A stretch of DNA of 64,000 nucleotides, taken from NCBI GenBank assembly GCA_038143065.1, contig JAYQLI010000035.1, positions 736,001-800,000 of the forward strand, given 5' to 3'. The position numbers and the translations under genes were made by a program. Below are positions 32,557-44,938 of the stretch, one piece after another. This DNA is from Rhodospirillales bacterium (GTDB lineage: Bacteria > Pseudomonadota > Alphaproteobacteria > Bin95). The notes below the pieces were generated by a model. The model saw nothing but the letters and a program-made list of their open reading frames with translations, was not told the origin of the DNA and ran no database searches. Numbering within the stretch: position 1 is the first letter of the stretch; the number at the start of each line of letters is the position of its first letter.

Positions 32557-32952
32557 ATGTCCGAAGATCGTATGGCTAAGGGACGCAAAATTCGTCAGGA
32601 ATTAATCGGCGATAAGTTAATCGGTGACATGGCAAAATCCGTTTATACTGACCCTATCATGCAAAAATTTGGGGATTATGCCACTGATGCCGTATTTGGT
32701 GGCCTCTGGGGAAGGCCTGGATTAGATCTGAAAACTCGGGCTTTAATATGTGTGATTTCTGATACATCTACTGGTCGCTGGCCAGAGTTAAAGATCCATC
32801 TTCGAATGGCAAGACGACAAGGCTGGACTGAAGATGAATTGTCTGAAGCGCTCCTTCACCTTTCTGGCTATGTAGGGCTTCCTCTAGTAAGAGAGGCAAT
32901 GTTGATTGCTAGAGAAACATTTACTGAACTAAGCGATGAAGAAAAGGCTTAA
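32557..32952 (+). CDS. Carboxymuconolactone decarboxylase (CMD/AhpD-like) family protein
   Basis: FGGLWGRPGLDLKTRALI, ELKIH, ELSEALLH..YVGLP; AGGA RBS. Confidence 0.85.
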   Translation: MSEDRMAKGRKIRQELIGDKLIGDMAKSVYTDPIMQKFGDYATDAVFGGLWGRPGLDLKTRALICVISDTSTGRWPELKIHLRMARRQGWTEDELSEALLHLSGYVGLPLVREAMLIARETFTELSDEEKA

Positions 32953-33409
32953 AAAATACCCGCTTCAAGGCCAGAAGCAAAAGCAAGGCCAAGCTGCTCA
33001 CAATCTGTTTCAAATGCCTTGTCATATGGTCCTCTAAATATCAACGGCTCTTGCACTGCGCGCCATCGGAGACCAGTCACGATGCGCTCAACGCCCTTCT
33101 TAGCACCGGTGCCATCACTGCCGGCGCGGACATACAATGCGTAGGGCATACCTTCTTTTTAGAAATTGTCGGATAATAAATCCGGTCAAAGAAATCTTTG
33201 ACCGCTCCAGCCATGTAAGCAAGATTTTCCGTAACGCCTAGGATCAATCCATCTGCATCCAACACGTCATACGGTGTGGCTTCCATGGGCACTCGGGCTT
33301 TTATACTAATATCTAATACTTGGGGATGTTCAGCTCCTCTTCTAACAGCCTTAAACAAAGCTCGTGTGTTAAGAGATGGCGCATGAGCAATGATTAATAG
33401 TTTCTTCAA
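32949..33409 (-). CDS. Flavodoxin-like protein (frameshift near 33160)
   Basis: LLIIAHAPS.NT, ADGLILG.TENL.YMAGAVKDFFDR.YYP and YALYVRAGSDGTGA. Confidence 0.82.
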
Positions 33410-33516
33410 CTTTCGCTCACCAAACAGCCGGAGAAATTGAGAAGTTCACTTTGCATGCCTGAAATAAGACAACAAATATTGAATGTTGAATTCCATGACG
33501 TGAATTATTTTTTAAC

Positions 33517-33957
33517 TCACTTTTTTTCCCTGAATTTTTTGTGACAGGCCCCACAGGTTTTTACCAAGTTCGTAAATGGCTGTTTAAGGGGTTTCTGATC
33601 TGACGCAGCATCTTTTATAGCAATGGCTCTTGTTTGAAGGTCATCTGAAATTTTTGCGAAACCATCCCAGTCTTGCCAAATAGAAGAACTTGCTTCGCTT
33701 GGTCCACCTTCACTCCCTTTTGGAAACAAATTGATAAAACTTTTCCCAGCATGCTTCTCAATTATTGAAGCATTCTCAATCACCACATTACTTGAATAGC
33801 TGTCACTGCTTAGTTGCCCTTTGATAGCCTTAACCGCAGAAGCAATTTCTTTCATTGCTTCCATTCTTTCCAATACTACCCCAGTGGCGCCCATATGTGC
33901 TTGAGCTCCGTTGACTACCAGAACTGCTAATCCTGCGAACAATAGGAATCTGCGCAT
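33517..33957 (-). CDS. Class II cytochrome c (c'/c556)
   Basis: Signal peptide, ERMEAMK, IWQDWDGF and C-terminal CGACH heme motif. Confidence 0.9.
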   Translation of the reverse strand: MRRFLLFAGLAVLVVNGAQAHMGATGVVLERMEAMKEIASAVKAIKGQLSSDSYSSNVVIENASIIEKHAGKSFINLFPKGSEGGPSEASSSIWQDWDGFAKISDDLQTRAIAIKDAASDQKPLKQPFTNLVKTCGACHKKFREKK

Positions 33958-33971
33958 AAATTCTAATCCTC

Positions 33972-34843
33972 TCAATGGCCAGTCAGTGATCGTAATGGCT
34001 TATCACCCTTAATAGTGGTCCTATGCATTAATCTACGGGTGTTTTCCTCATCAAACGGGCATGCACGATGCATAGTGGATCTGTTATCCCACATCACTAT
34101 ATCACCAGGTTGCCAAACGTGCTGATACTCAGCTTCTGGTTTTTTAGCGATTTCCATTACTTCAGCGAGCAAGTCCTGACTATCTGCTTCATTCATGCCC
34201 ACAAAGTACCTAACCCAGATGTCCGATAAAAAAAGAGCCTTCCGACCGGTCTCTGGGTGCGCCCGAACTGCAGGATGAACAATTGGTGGTGTCTTAGCTC
34301 TTTGAATTTCTGACAAAGGACCACGAATGCTGGCCATTCTCCGGTCATAACTCCACACGTAGTCATAAACCGCATCAAGCTCATCAAACATTAACTGGAG
34401 CCTTCTTGGTAAGGCATCATAAGCTGCAGCCATACTCACAAAAGCCGTTTCACCACCCTCCTCCGGACACTCAAGACATCGGAAAACAGACCCGAGACTT
34501 GGTTCTTTCAAGTATGCGAGGTCTGAGTGATATTCTTTTGCACCGCCATGTGCGCCTATGTATCTGCCGTTTTCAGTGATGTTAGAGACAACAAAAATCT
34601 CTGGGTGACCCGGCAATAAAAACTGGGTTAAGACATGTTCTTCTAGTGGACCGAAGCGTTTAGAAAATTCCACTTGATCAAGCGGTGAAATATGGCCTTG
34701 ATTTCTAATTAGCAGAACGCCTGACTCCGCAAAATCTTGCCTCAATTTTGAAAAACATCATCTGTAATTGCCTCTGAGAGATCTATACCTGAGATCTCTA
34801 AGCCAAAACACGGTGTCAGGGACCTTTTTACATAGTCGAACAT
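33972..34843 (-). CDS. TauD/TfdA family Fe(II)/2-oxoglutarate dioxygenase (indel near 34750)
   Basis: HSD, GGETAF, HPAVRAHPETGRKAL and WDNRSTMH; GGAGGG RBS before ATG 34843. Confidence 0.9.
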
Positions 34844-35098
34844 CTGTCCCTCCAAGCAAAGGTGCTGCGCGCGCAGCTACTAGTCAAAGTATATGAACTC
34901 TACAAAACATTGTTGCTTAACTTGGAGATAAATTCAAAGCCTGGCTACAAACAGATATCAGTTTCAAGCAATCAAGGCCGTCAGATTAAAGAACTAGAAA
35001 GGCACCAACTGTTAACCAGTTTAACTGTTGCTAGTGCTGCCAAGCTCTCAACTTGGCAGGGTACCTGCGCAACAACAATAGGCCTCCCAACCGCACAC

Positions 35099-35124
35099 GA
35101 CTGATCTTTAAAGAAAGATCAGTC
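35099..35124. terminator. Perfect 11-bp hairpin downstream of folE (possible terminator)
   Basis: GACTGATCTTT-aaag-AAAGATCAGTC, 19 nt beyond the folE stop; no clear U-tract. Confidence 0.45.
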
Positions 35125-35142
35125 TTAGGCTCAAGAACAGAG

Positions 35143-35762
35143 TTATTTGCCAATTAAGGTGTAGAACTCTCGCCGTAACTCTGAGTCAGATTTAAAAGCG
35201 CCCCGCATTGACGTCGTTACGGTATCTACACCAGGCATATGCACTCCTCGTGTAGTCATGCATTGGTGCTGAGCCTCTACGTAGACTGCTACACCTCTTG
35301 GCTCAAGAACAGACTCAATTGCATTAGCTATCTGAGCTGTCATAGTTTCTTGAACCTGCATGCGCTTTGAGTAAATCTCAACTACCCGCGCAAGCTTGGA
35401 AATCCCCACTACGCGATTATTGGGAAGATAAGCAACATGTGCCTTGCCAATGATAGGTACAATATGATGTTCACAGTGGCTTTCCACACGGATATCCCGC
35501 ATCAGAACAATCTCATCATACCCATCCACTTCCTCGAATGTACGAGCAAGTGCATCGATGGGGTCTTGATTGTACCCAGCAAAAAAATCATCCCATGCAC
35601 GAACAACACGACTTGGCGTATCGATTAAGCCCTCACGGGTGGGGTTATCCCCGCCCAGCGGATTAAAGTACGTACGGCGGCCTCTGCTTCCGAGCGGCTC
35701 GGACGCTCCTGGGCCAACGGGGCGGGTTCGTTCGCCGCGACGGCAAGGTTGCGATCAGTCAC
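35143..35762 (-). CDS. folE: GTP cyclohydrolase I (missing G near 35650)
   Basis: [28 protein letters not shown] and HQCMTTRG; AAGGAG RBS before GTG 35762. Confidence 0.93.
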
Positions 35763-35873
35763 GAGGTCGACTAGCTCCTTCTCAAATGAGCACTAATGCT
35801 ACTTATTGGTTAAACTCATCCCTAATGTAGAACGCTACCACCTGAATTGCGAGGCCTTTTAGACAATTAGAAC

Positions 35874-37394
35874 TTAATTCGAACTCCGATTGCCAATCCG
35901 AAACAACGGTATCATGAAAAACATTACAATACTGGCGGCAGTATAAAGCGCAAAAGCATCAAGGAACCCAAGCATTTGTGCTTGTTTAGCGACACCTGAG
36001 CTGATCCGAGCCACTCCATCTGCAGCACTAATATTTGCAGCTCCACTAGCAATTGCAGCGCTTAAATTTTCATTAAAAGGATTAATGAATTCTGCAAGAC
36101 GACCGTAATTTATAGAAGATGATCGAACTAATGCAGTTACTGATAGGCTTATAAAAATGGATGAGCCTAAATTCCTTAATAAATGGAAAATTGCTGAAGT
36201 TTCCGCCAAATAAGCGGAATCAATAGTTCTAAATGTGGCAACCGTCAGTGGGGGCCACAATATACCTACCGAGTACCCCTGTAGCCCACTAGCAATGGCT
36301 ACTTCAACAAATGAAACATCGACAGAAAAAGTCATCATCCAAATGCCGGAGGCGCATTGAATTGCACAGCCAAGAGTGAGGCCAATTCTTGGATCTAACC
36401 GTCCAACCCACATAGCTGAGAAAAATCCGAGTACCGCTCCTGCCCCACGTGCGCCCAAGAGCTCTCCAATCACTTGATTAGGGTATCCCATTAAACCCTG
36501 TAACATCGGCGGAAATAAAACCATGGGGGTAAAGTTTAGCATTCCATAAACTGTCACGAAAATTAGCCCAAGGGCGTAATTACGGTCTTTCAGATGTTTA
36601 AGATTAAGGAATGGCTTCGATGTCGTAAGGCTGTGCGCGATAAAAAGATACAAAGCTAGAATAGCCAACCCAGCCTCGATTAGAATTTCTAAGCTATCGA
36701 ACCAATCTTGCCGATTACCACGATCAAGCATGAGTTGGAGAGAGCCTACCGCCACACAAAGAGTAAGAAATCCAGTCCAATCAAGTTTCGAAGGATTTCT
36801 GCTGCGACTATCCGGTATGAATAACAACAAGCCTGCAAGGCCTACTGCTGCCGCTGGTACAATCATGTAAAATGCCCAACGCCAATCATAGAGATCTGCC
36901 AAGTAACCACCGAACACTGGGCCAATCACTGGCCCAATGACTACACCCATACCAAATACAGAAGTTGCAAAAGCTTGTTTTGCCTTAGGGAATGAATCAA
37001 GAATTGTCGCCTGAGCTAAAGGAACTAACGGCGCCCCAAAAGCCCCTTGAAAAATTCGCGCTATAACCAGAAGTTCAAGATTAGGAGCTAGCGCACACGC
37101 CAACGTGGAAAACATGAAGCCAGCTTGGGCATAAATCATCGTTCTCCGGCGGCCAAAAGTACTGGCAAGCCAACCTGTCATAGGAGTGGCAACAGCTGTT
37201 GCCAGAATATTAAATGTTACAACCCACGCAATTTGATCTTGCGTAGCGGATAAAGAGCCCTGCATTTGCGGCAGGATCACACTCACCACCAGAATGGTCG
37301 TCGCATAAAGCGTTGTTGCCATTGTAGCGGATAATAAGATGAGCGCTCGTTGTAGTGGTGTATAATCTTCCGGAGCGGCCGCCTCTATCGCCAT
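35874..37394 (-). CDS. DHA2 (EmrB/QacA) family MFS transporter
   Basis: LPQMQGSLSATQDQIAWV, ARIFQG..GA.L.PL.Q, GPVIGP..GG and LDRG...DWF; about 14 TM. Confidence 0.9.
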   Translation of the reverse strand: MAIEAAAPEDYTPLQRALILLSATMATTLYATTILVVSVILPQMQGSLSATQDQIAWVVTFNILATAVATPMTGWLASTFGRRRTMIYAQAGFMFSTLACALAPNLELLVIARIFQGAFGAPLVPLAQATILDSFPKAKQAFATSVFGMGVVIGPVIGPVFGGYLADLYDWRWAFYMIVPAAAVGLAGLLLFIPDSRSRNPSKLDWTGFLTLCVAVGSLQLMLDRGNRQDWFDSLEILIEAGLAILALYLFIAHSLTTSKPFLNLKHLKDRNYALGLIFVTVYGMLNFTPMVLFPPMLQGLMGYPNQVIGELLGARGAGAVLGFFSAMWVGRLDPRIGLTLGCAIQCASGIWMMTFSVDVSFVEVAIASGLQGYSVGILWPPLTVATFRTIDSAYLAETSAIFHLLRNLGSSIFISLSVTALVRSSSINYGRLAEFINPFNENLSAAIASGAANISAADGVARISSGVAKQAQMLGFLDAFALYTAASIVMFFMIPLFRIGNRSSN

Positions 37395-37415
37395 CTTCAG
37401 ACTTCCCTAATGCCC

Positions 37416-38597
37416 TTAGATAACTTCAAAAAGACCCGCGGCTCCCATGCCTCCACCCACGCACATCGTGCAGACGATATACCTGGCACCCCTGCGTTTT
37501 CCTTCGATAAGCGCATGCCCAACCATTCGTGCACCAGACATGCCATAAGGGTGACCAATTGAGATAGCCCCTCCATTAACATTAAGAAGTTCGTTTGGGA
37601 TGCCTAACTTGTCGCGACAGTAGAGGACCTGAACTGCAAACGCTTCATTTAATTCCCACAGCCCGATGTCATCCATCGTCAGTCCAAATTTCTTTAGGAG
37701 CTTCGGTACGGCAAAAATCGGACCTATACCCATCTCGTCAGGTTCACACCCTGCCACAGCAATCCCTTTATATAGTCCGAGTGGGATGATACCTCTTTTA
37801 GCAGCTTCGGCCGCTTCCATTACAACAGCAGCGCTAGCACCATCAGATAACTGGCTTGCGTTTCCAGCAGTTATTGATCCACCTTCAATAACTGGTTTGA
37901 GATTAGATAGGCCCTCTGCATTTGTATCTGGGCGGTTACCCTCGTCTTTTGTAAGCGTAACTCTTTCACGTGTAGCTGTTTTAGTCACTTTGTCAAAGAC
38001 GACTTTTTCTACGTCGATAGGAATTATTTCATCATTAAATTTACCTGCAGTCTGAGCAGCGGCTGTTCTCTGCTGTGATTGCAGTCCATATGCATCTTGA
38101 GCCTCTCGAGAAATCTGATACCGATTTGCAACTGTTTCGGCAGTTTCAAGCATCGCCATGTAAATATTGGGATGTTTGCTAACAAGGTTGGGATCTTCTG
38201 CCCGGTATGAATTACGGTGCTCGTTCTGAACTAAGCTAATCGACTCAAGGCCACCACCGACAACGATATTCATATTATCGGCAATTACCTGTTTTGCGGC
38301 TGTTGCGATCGCCATCATGCCAGAAGCGCATTGGCGGTCGATACTCATCCCGGCTACAGTAGTTGGAAGCCCACCAGCGAGAGCAGCTAAACGCCCGATG
38401 TTATATCCAGTGGAGCCCTGCTGCATTGCAGCCCCCAGTAAACAATCTTCAACCTCAGATGGATCTACTCCGGCTCTAGCAACAGCCTCATTAATCACAT
38501 GTCCTGCCAAGGAGGGCGCATCTAGGTCGTTAAAAGCACCTCGGTAGGCCTTCCCAATTGGCGTCCGAGCAGTGGATACGATAACAGCTTCTCGCAT
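37416..38597 (-). CDS. Acetyl-CoA C-acyltransferase (thiolase)
   Basis: [27 protein letters not shown] and MCVGGGMG. Confidence 0.93.
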   Translation of the reverse strand: MREAVIVSTARTPIGKAYRGAFNDLDAPSLAGHVINEAVARAGVDPSEVEDCLLGAAMQQGSTGYNIGRLAALAGGLPTTVAGMSIDRQCASGMMAIATAAKQVIADNMNIVVGGGLESISLVQNEHRNSYRAEDPNLVSKHPNIYMAMLETAETVANRYQISREAQDAYGLQSQQRTAAAQTAGKFNDEIIPIDVEKVVFDKVTKTATRERVTLTKDEGNRPDTNAEGLSNLKPVIEGGSITAGNASQLSDGASAAVVMEAAEAAKRGIIPLGLYKGIAVAGCEPDEMGIGPIFAVPKLLKKFGLTMDDIGLWELNEAFAVQVLYCRDKLGIPNELLNVNGGAISIGHPYGMSGARMVGHALIEGKRRGARYIVCTMCVGGGMGAAGLFEVI

Positions 38598-38638
38598 TTT
38601 TCTCTCTTTATGCCAGCAATTTAATTGCCAGATCTTTC

Positions 38639-38980
38639 TTACAGAATTTCTAAAACAGCTTCTGGGGGCCGGCCAAGCCTTGCCTGCCCTCCGCGAATAA
38701 CGACTGGCCTTTCAATTAAAATAGGATGGTCAGCCATAGCTTGAATGCGATCTGCATCGTTATCTAGCTCAAGCTCTTTAAATACAGGTTCCTTCACCCG
38801 CATTAAATCTAACGGCTTTATATCAAGAAGTTTAATTATCTTCTTAATTTCATCGGCAGTCGGCGGAGTTTTCAAGTACTCCACAATTACAGGCTCAATA
38901 CCCTTCTCTCTGAGGAGCTCTAGCGTCAACCTTGACTTACTGCACCGAGGATTATGCCAGATACTAATCTGATCCTTCAT
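38639..38980 (-). CDS. arsC: ArsC family (glutaredoxin-type) arsenate reductase
   Basis: [20 protein letters not shown] and LGRPPE. Confidence 0.88.
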   Translation of the reverse strand: MKDQISIWHNPRCSKSRLTLELLREKGIEPVIVEYLKTPPTADEIKKIIKLLDIKPLDLMRVKEPVFKELELDNDADRIQAMADHPILIERPVVIRGGQARLGRPPEAVLEIL

Positions 38981-38998
38981 TATGCAACTCCTTGTAGA

Positions 38999-41655
38999 CT
39001 AATTTGCAAGAGCCGCCTCAATTGCTGAGAGAGCCTCATTGATTTTTTCTCCATCTGGGCCACCGGCTTGTGCCATATCAGGGCGACCTCCACCACCTTT
39101 ACCGCCAACCGCAGCCGATCCAACCCTAACCAACGAGACAGCATCTAATTTGTCCTTCATATCTTCAGTAACCGCCACGACAAGAGATGCCTTACCTTCA
39201 TTTTCCGCAATAACCGCGACAACTCCGGAGCCAACTTGTGCCTTCAACGCATCTGCCATTGACTTCAGCTCCTTGGCAGGAACACCGTTTAGTGCACGGC
39301 CAATAAAACTCACCCCGCCGATGGACTTTGCTTCGGGTGCCGAGGTCCCTTCAGCTCCTCCTGCTGCCAATTTCCGCCTTAAATCTGCAGCTTCACGTTC
39401 CAGCTTTCGTCGATCTTCTATTAATTGTGCAATCCTGCCGGGAGCGTCTTCCGGCGTTGTTTTTAGCGCACCAGAAATTTCGTCCAATAAACGACGGCGT
39501 TCCACCACATAGGCTTCTGCTGCTGCACCAGTCACAGCTTCTATTCTTCTTACCCCAGAACCAACAGCGCTCTCAGACATGATAATAAAATTACCAATAT
39601 CGCCAGTGCGTGAGACATGGACACCGCCGCAAAGTTCGACAGACCATTCCTTACTACTTTCGCCTAAACTAGGGCCTCCCATAGAGACTACTCGGACTTC
39701 GTCGCCATATTTTTCGCCAAAGAGGGCCATAGCACCTGCCTCAATAGCTTGGTCAGTTGGCATTACCCGCGTTTCTACCAGGGTATTCATTCGGATCCTG
39801 TCATTAACTGCCTTTTCAACTTCCAAGATCTCATCAATAGTTATGCCCTTAGGATGAGAGATATCGAAACGCAGCCGCTCTGGTGCAACAAGGGATCCTT
39901 TTTGGGCAACATGTGCCCCGAGTGAGTCGCGAAGGGCAGCATGTAAGAGATGGGTGGCGGAATGATTGCGCTTTATATGGCTGCGACGTTCTCCATCAAC
40001 CGCAAGTTCAACCGCATCACCAATTTTTAAAATGCCTGTTTCAACTTCAACTTGATGAACCCAAAGGTCTCCAACTTTTTCTGGACATCCATTACTCTGG
40101 CTGAAACACCATCGATACCTGTAAGACGCCCACAATCCCCAATCTGGCCACCAGATTCTGCATAGAAAGGGGTTTGATTCAAAATAACCAAGCCATTTTC
40201 ATTGGGGTTCAAGCATTCAACTTCTTCGCCCCCTACAATTAAGGCACTCACAACGCCTTCTGCATTTTCCTGCGCATAACCTAAAAATTCTGTTGCTCCA
40301 AAGCGCTCGCGCATATCAAACCAGACTGCGTCATTAGCTGTATCACCAGAGCCAGCCCAAGCCTGCCGAGCAGCCGCGCGCTGCCTATCCATTGCAGCGT
40401 CGAACCCTGTAACATCTACAGTGCGGCCTTGGCCCCGCAGAATATCTTGGGTTAGGTCAAGAGGAAATCCGTATGTATCATAAAGGCGGAAGGCTGTGTC
40501 ACCATCAAGAGGCTCAGCTGCCTCCAGCTCCTCAGTCGCCTCATCAAGCAACTTTAACCCACGATCAAGCGTAACTTTAAACCGCTCCTCTTCTAGTTTA
40601 AGTGTCTCAGTAATTAGAGGAAGTGCTCGCCTTAATTCAGGATAATCATCACCCATCTCACGCGCTAAAGTCGGAGCAACCTCAAAGAGTAACGGGTCTT
40701 TTGCGCCCAACATATGGGCGTGCCGCATACCCCTCCTATTTATGCTCCGAAGCACATATCCACGCCCTTCATTCGTCGGTAGCTCGGAGTCTGCTATTAA
40801 ATAGCTAGATTCACGTAAATGATCTGCTATGACGCGATGGCTTGCTTTTTGAGAACCGTCAGGATCAATGCTGGTACGAGCAGCCACATCTTCAATAAGT
40901 GCCCGCATTAAATCTATATCGTAATTGTCGTGTTTGCCTTGCAGAACAGCCGCAACTCTCTCCAATCCCATTCCCGTATCGATTGACGGGCGAGGAAGAT
41001 CAACTCGTTCCTCTTTGGATATCTGCTCGTATTGCATAAACACGAGATTCCAGATTTCGATAAAGCGGTCACCATCCTCGTCTGGAGAACCCGGTGGGCC
41101 ACCAGGGATGTGATCACCATGATCATAAAAAATTTCTGAACAAGGACCACACGGCCCCGTATCTCCCATCGACCAGAAATTATCCGAAGTAGAAATTCGA
41201 ATAATCTTATCATCACTTAGACCAGCTATTTTTTTCCAAAGATCTGCCGCCTGCTCATCTTCCGAATAGACCGTTACTAAGAGCTTTTCTTTTGATAGAC
41301 CAAATTCCTTAGTGACAAGGTTCCAAGCGAGCTCAATGGCTAAGTCTTTAAAGTAATCCCCAAAGGAAAAATTTCCGAGCATTTCAAAAAATGTATGGTG
41401 TCGTGCTGTATACCCAACATTTTCTAAATCATTATGCTTCCCACCAGCACGCACACATTTCTGGCTGGTGACGGCGCGACTATACGGACGGTTTTCCATC
41501 CCAGTAAAGACATTCTTGAATTGCACCATTCCCGCGTTTGTGAACAACAAAGTTGGGTCATTAAGGGGCACCAGAGGGCTAGATGACACGATCTCATGAC
41601 CGTTCCGCCCAAAATAGTCGAGAAACGCCCGGCGAATTCCGTTTGCCGTTTCCAT
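38999..41655 (-). CDS. alaS: Alanine--tRNA ligase (frameshift near 40070)
   Basis: [60 protein letters not shown] and [14 protein letters not shown]. Confidence 0.97.
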
Positions 41656-41765
41656 CTCACACCTCTGTACTATGAGTCATCCAAGCTGCGATCTAGCCCG
41701 TTGAGCACTGCAGTGTCCAGAGGGTATCACCTCAAAACTATGCCTTAATTAGATCAAAAAACCAA

Positions 41766-42875
41766 TCATAGAGCACCATCAGCCTCTCCATCATCGTCTT
41801 CTTCAGTTGGGTCTCCAATCATCATTTTTTCGGCGACCAATCCTGCGTTCTGACGAATACGGGTATCAATTATTTTAGCGATATCTTCGTTTTGGCTAAG
41901 GAAGGTTTTGGCATTTTCACGTCCTTGTCCCAACCGCTCACCATCAAAAGAGAACCACGAACCTGATTTTTCGACGATATTTGCCTTCACACCAAGGTCT
42001 ATCAGCTCGCCTGTCTTAGAGACGCCTTGACCATACATGATGTCAAACTCAACTGTCTTAAATGGAGGCGCCACCTTATTTTTCACCACACGCACTCTTG
42101 TTTGGTTCCCAACCACTTCGTCGCGATCCTTGATTTGGCCAATACGACGGATATCTAGGCGAACTGAAGAATAAAACTTCAGCGCATTACCACCAGTAGT
42201 TGTTTCCGGGCTTCCAAACATTACACCAATCTTCATACGAATTTGGTTAATGAAAATTACCAAGGTACGACTTTTGGAAATTGAGGCTGTTAGTTTGCGC
42301 AAGGCCTGGCTCATTAGCCGAGCTTGCAATCCAGGAAGGGAGTCACCCATTTCACCTTCGATTTCGGCGCGTGGTGTTAGGGCCGCAACACTGTCTACGA
42401 CCAATACATCGACTGCCTGCGAGCGTACTAATGTATCTGCAATCTCAAGGGCCTGCTCCCCCGTATCGGGCTGAGCAATCAAAAGCTCCTCCACATCTGC
42501 ACCAAGTTTCCGAGCATAAACCGGGTCTAAAGCGTGTTCAGCATCAACAAACGCGGCAACACCACCAAGCTTTTGCGCCTCTGCAAGTATATGCAGGGCA
42601 AGTGTCGTTTTGCCAGAACTTTCGGGCCCATAAATTTCGATGATACGACCACGAGGTACGCCACCTACACCAAGAGCAATATCTAAGCCAAGAGACCCAG
42701 TTGAAATGGCCTCAATCTCCATGGATTTCTGTTCACCTAACTTCATAATTGAGCCTTTCCCAAAGGCGCGCTCAATCTGGCCAAGTGCTGCTTCTAAAGC
42801 TTTTTGTTTTTCCATATCAGGGCTCTTCTCTACTAATCGAAGTGGGGAATCGATCATTTGTACCTCCATATTCAC
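41766..42875 (-). CDS. recA: Recombinase RecA (true start may be a few codons downstream)
   Basis: [37 protein letters not shown] and KNKVAPPF. Confidence 0.98.
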   Translation of the reverse strand: MNMEVQMIDSPLRLVEKSPDMEKQKALEAALGQIERAFGKGSIMKLGEQKSMEIEAISTGSLGLDIALGVGGVPRGRIIEIYGPESSGKTTLALHILAEAQKLGGVAAFVDAEHALDPVYARKLGADVEELLIAQPDTGEQALEIADTLVRSQAVDVLVVDSVAALTPRAEIEGEMGDSLPGLQARLMSQALRKLTASISKSRTLVIFINQIRMKIGVMFGSPETTTGGNALKFYSSVRLDIRRIGQIKDRDEVVGNQTRVRVVKNKVAPPFKTVEFDIMYGQGVSKTGELIDLGVKANIVEKSGSWFSFDGERLGQGRENAKTFLSQNEDIAKIIDTRIRQNAGLVAEKMMIGDPTEEDDDGEADGAL

Positions 42876-42915
42876 ACAGTCAACGGCCTGAAACCAGCAA
42901 ACATTTTAAACATTT

Positions 42916-42951
42916 GTACTATTAATGTTCTCTTTTGGTCAATATTTGTTC
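42916..42951 (-). promoter_or_regulatory. Alphaproteobacterial LexA (SOS) boxes upstream of recA
   Basis: On the minus strand: GAAC-attaata-GTAC (42930-42916) and GAAC-aaatatt-GACC (42951-42937), matching GAAC-N7-GAAC/GTAC. Confidence 0.78.
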
Positions 42952-43106
42952 TCATTTTAAAAACAAATAGGCCGGTTGCATATGTGAACAAATTTAAAAA
43001 ATTGCTCTGTTGGCAGAGCAGGAAAAATAATTGCTCAAATAATTCTCTATTACCGCGAAGCCGAATAACTAATGAAAGTCACATTCATAAGTACTGCGAC
43101 ACGACC

Positions 43107-43832
43107 TTAATGATACTCGATAGCCTCTACACCATAACGACTAATTAAAGCTGGTACTGGGGCATTGACTTGCTGTGGAAAATTAACCTCCTGATCGATA
43201 AGGCTTAGAGCTGTTTCAAGTGCTCCCCGAGTTGGTGAGGGAGTCCTAGGCATGTTCATGGCATCGCGAATTGGTATCCATTGTAAGTCCACCAACTCTC
43301 CTGACCCGCCTATTTCGCCATGAGCTAAACTTGCATCAACTATGAAAAATCGCGCATCAAATCGACGAAAATTATCAGGAGGAGTAACTGCTCTAAACAG
43401 ATAATCGAGACCGTCTAGTGCCGGAGCGAAGCCAGTATCGAAAAACTGACGCCAATCTTTAGCTAAACTGCTTGGATCAACCTGCTCTTTTAAACGCCGA
43501 CCGAGCACCAGACCTGTTTCCTCAAATGTTTCTCTGATCGCCGCCAAAGCCAAAGCTCTTGCTCTTCGAGCACTAACACGCCCCTTTCGGCGCAAACGGT
43601 GCATGGTTTCTGAGGCTAACTCGCCCGAGGCTGGCGGAGTGTGATCATCTGGATCAAGTCTCCCGCCAGGAAAAACAAGTGTGTTAGGCATAAATTTATG
43701 CGCTGCGCTACGATACCCCATCAGAACAGTCGGCTCTTTTTCACGCCTTATAATTACGGCTGTTGCAGCATCAATCGGCTTCGGGAGCGGAGCGCCTTCT
43801 GGACGTCTTTGAGAGGGATCAAGTTTTCGCAT
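43107..43832 (-). CDS. NUDIX hydrolase (NUDT19-like)
   Basis: DAAT, VLMG.R..HKFMP..VFPGGRLD, AAIRETFEETG and AVTPP..RRFDARFF. Confidence 0.85.
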   Translation of the reverse strand: MRKLDPSQRRPEGAPLPKPIDAATAVIIRREKEPTVLMGYRSAAHKFMPNTLVFPGGRLDPDDHTPPASGELASETMHRLRRKGRVSARRARALALAAIRETFEETGLVLGRRLKEQVDPSSLAKDWRQFFDTGFAPALDGLDYLFRAVTPPDNFRRFDARFFIVDASLAHGEIGGSGELVDLQWIPIRDAMNMPRTPSPTRGALETALSLIDQEVNFPQQVNAPVPALISRYGVEAIEYH

Positions 43833-43865
43833 TAATCCAAGCTAAATCCATAAACTTGTTCAGTG

Positions 43866-44938
43866 TTATTGTTTTGAGTCCAACTTAATTGAAAGAACTT
43901 TTCCGAAATCACTTGTGGAAAGTGAGCCACCAAGGTCAGAAGTTCGTGTTTTCTCATCGGCAAGCATTACATCCAACGCCTCATCTAGATTAGCAGCAGC
44001 TGCAAAAAGGGTGTTTTCAGAACGCCTCTCAGCCAAATCCCGTAACATCATAGCTGTAGATCGAAGAATGGATGTTGGGTTTGCTATTCCCTGACCAGCT
44101 ATATCTGGAGCAGAGCCATGTGCAGCCTGAGCAAGGGAAACACTGTCACCGCGATTTAAAGACCCAGCTAAACCTAAACCGCCCGTTACTTCAGCTGCTA
44201 AATTAGAAAGTATGTCGCCGTACATATTTGAACAAAGGACAACGTCAAAACTTTCAGGTTTGCGCACCAAGTCAGACGCCATTGCATCAACATGCACTTC
44301 ATCAATTTCGATATCCGGGTATTGTTTTCCAATATTTTCGGCAGCCTCCAAGAACATTCCACAAGTCATCTTCAAAACATTAGCCTTATGCACCACAGTT
44401 ACTTTTTTGCGCCTGAGGGCCGCCCTCTGAAAAGCCACATGCGCAATTCGTTCGCTAGCTGATTTTGTAATCTTCCGAACGGACATAGCCAATTCAGAGG
44501 TAGGCATGAATTCACCGCCTCCGAAAAATAGGCTTCTGTCAGCATAAAAGCCTTCTGTATTCTCACGGACTATAACTAAGTCAACCCCAGGCTTTAAAGC
44601 CGGCGCACCGATAGCAGACCGGCTAGGCCGAATGTTTGCAAACAGATCCAGATTCTTTCTTGCAGCCGCTGAGGGCCCAATTCCCCCTCCTCCGGAGAGG
44701 GATAAGCCGCAGTGTCGGTGGGCCCCATAATGACGCCATCAGCTTTTCTGCAGGCATCTTCAATATCGGTGCTCCACGTTGCACCAGTCTCTTTAAGGGC
44801 ATCAAAACCAATAGGTTTGGTATTTATTTCTAGCCCCAGCCCTAGCTTCGCATCCAAAACCTCAAGTGCTTGTTTAGCCGTAGCTATAATTTCAGGACCA
44901 ATTCCATCTCCTGGAAGAATAAGAATTTTCAGAGACAC
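43866..44938 (-). CDS. Isocitrate/isopropylmalate/tartrate dehydrogenase family protein (frameshift near 44690)
   Basis: LPGDGIGPEI, VRENTEG.Y, VHKANVL, NMYGDILS and HGSAPDIAGQGIANP. Confidence 0.87.

Noticed and set aside
34862-35104. 80-aa plus-strand ORF between the TauD-like gene and folE
   Set aside because: No recognisable family or clear RBS, and it overlaps likely regulatory hairpins.
38639-38980. Arsenic resistance operon
   Set aside because: arsC stands alone downstream of alaS, with no arsR, arsB or acr3.
39039-39857. Long antisense ORFs opposite alaS (similar ones lie opposite coaBC, recA, the SDR and the thiolases)
   Set aside because: They are shadow ORFs from codon bias of the real genes, with no recognisable motifs.
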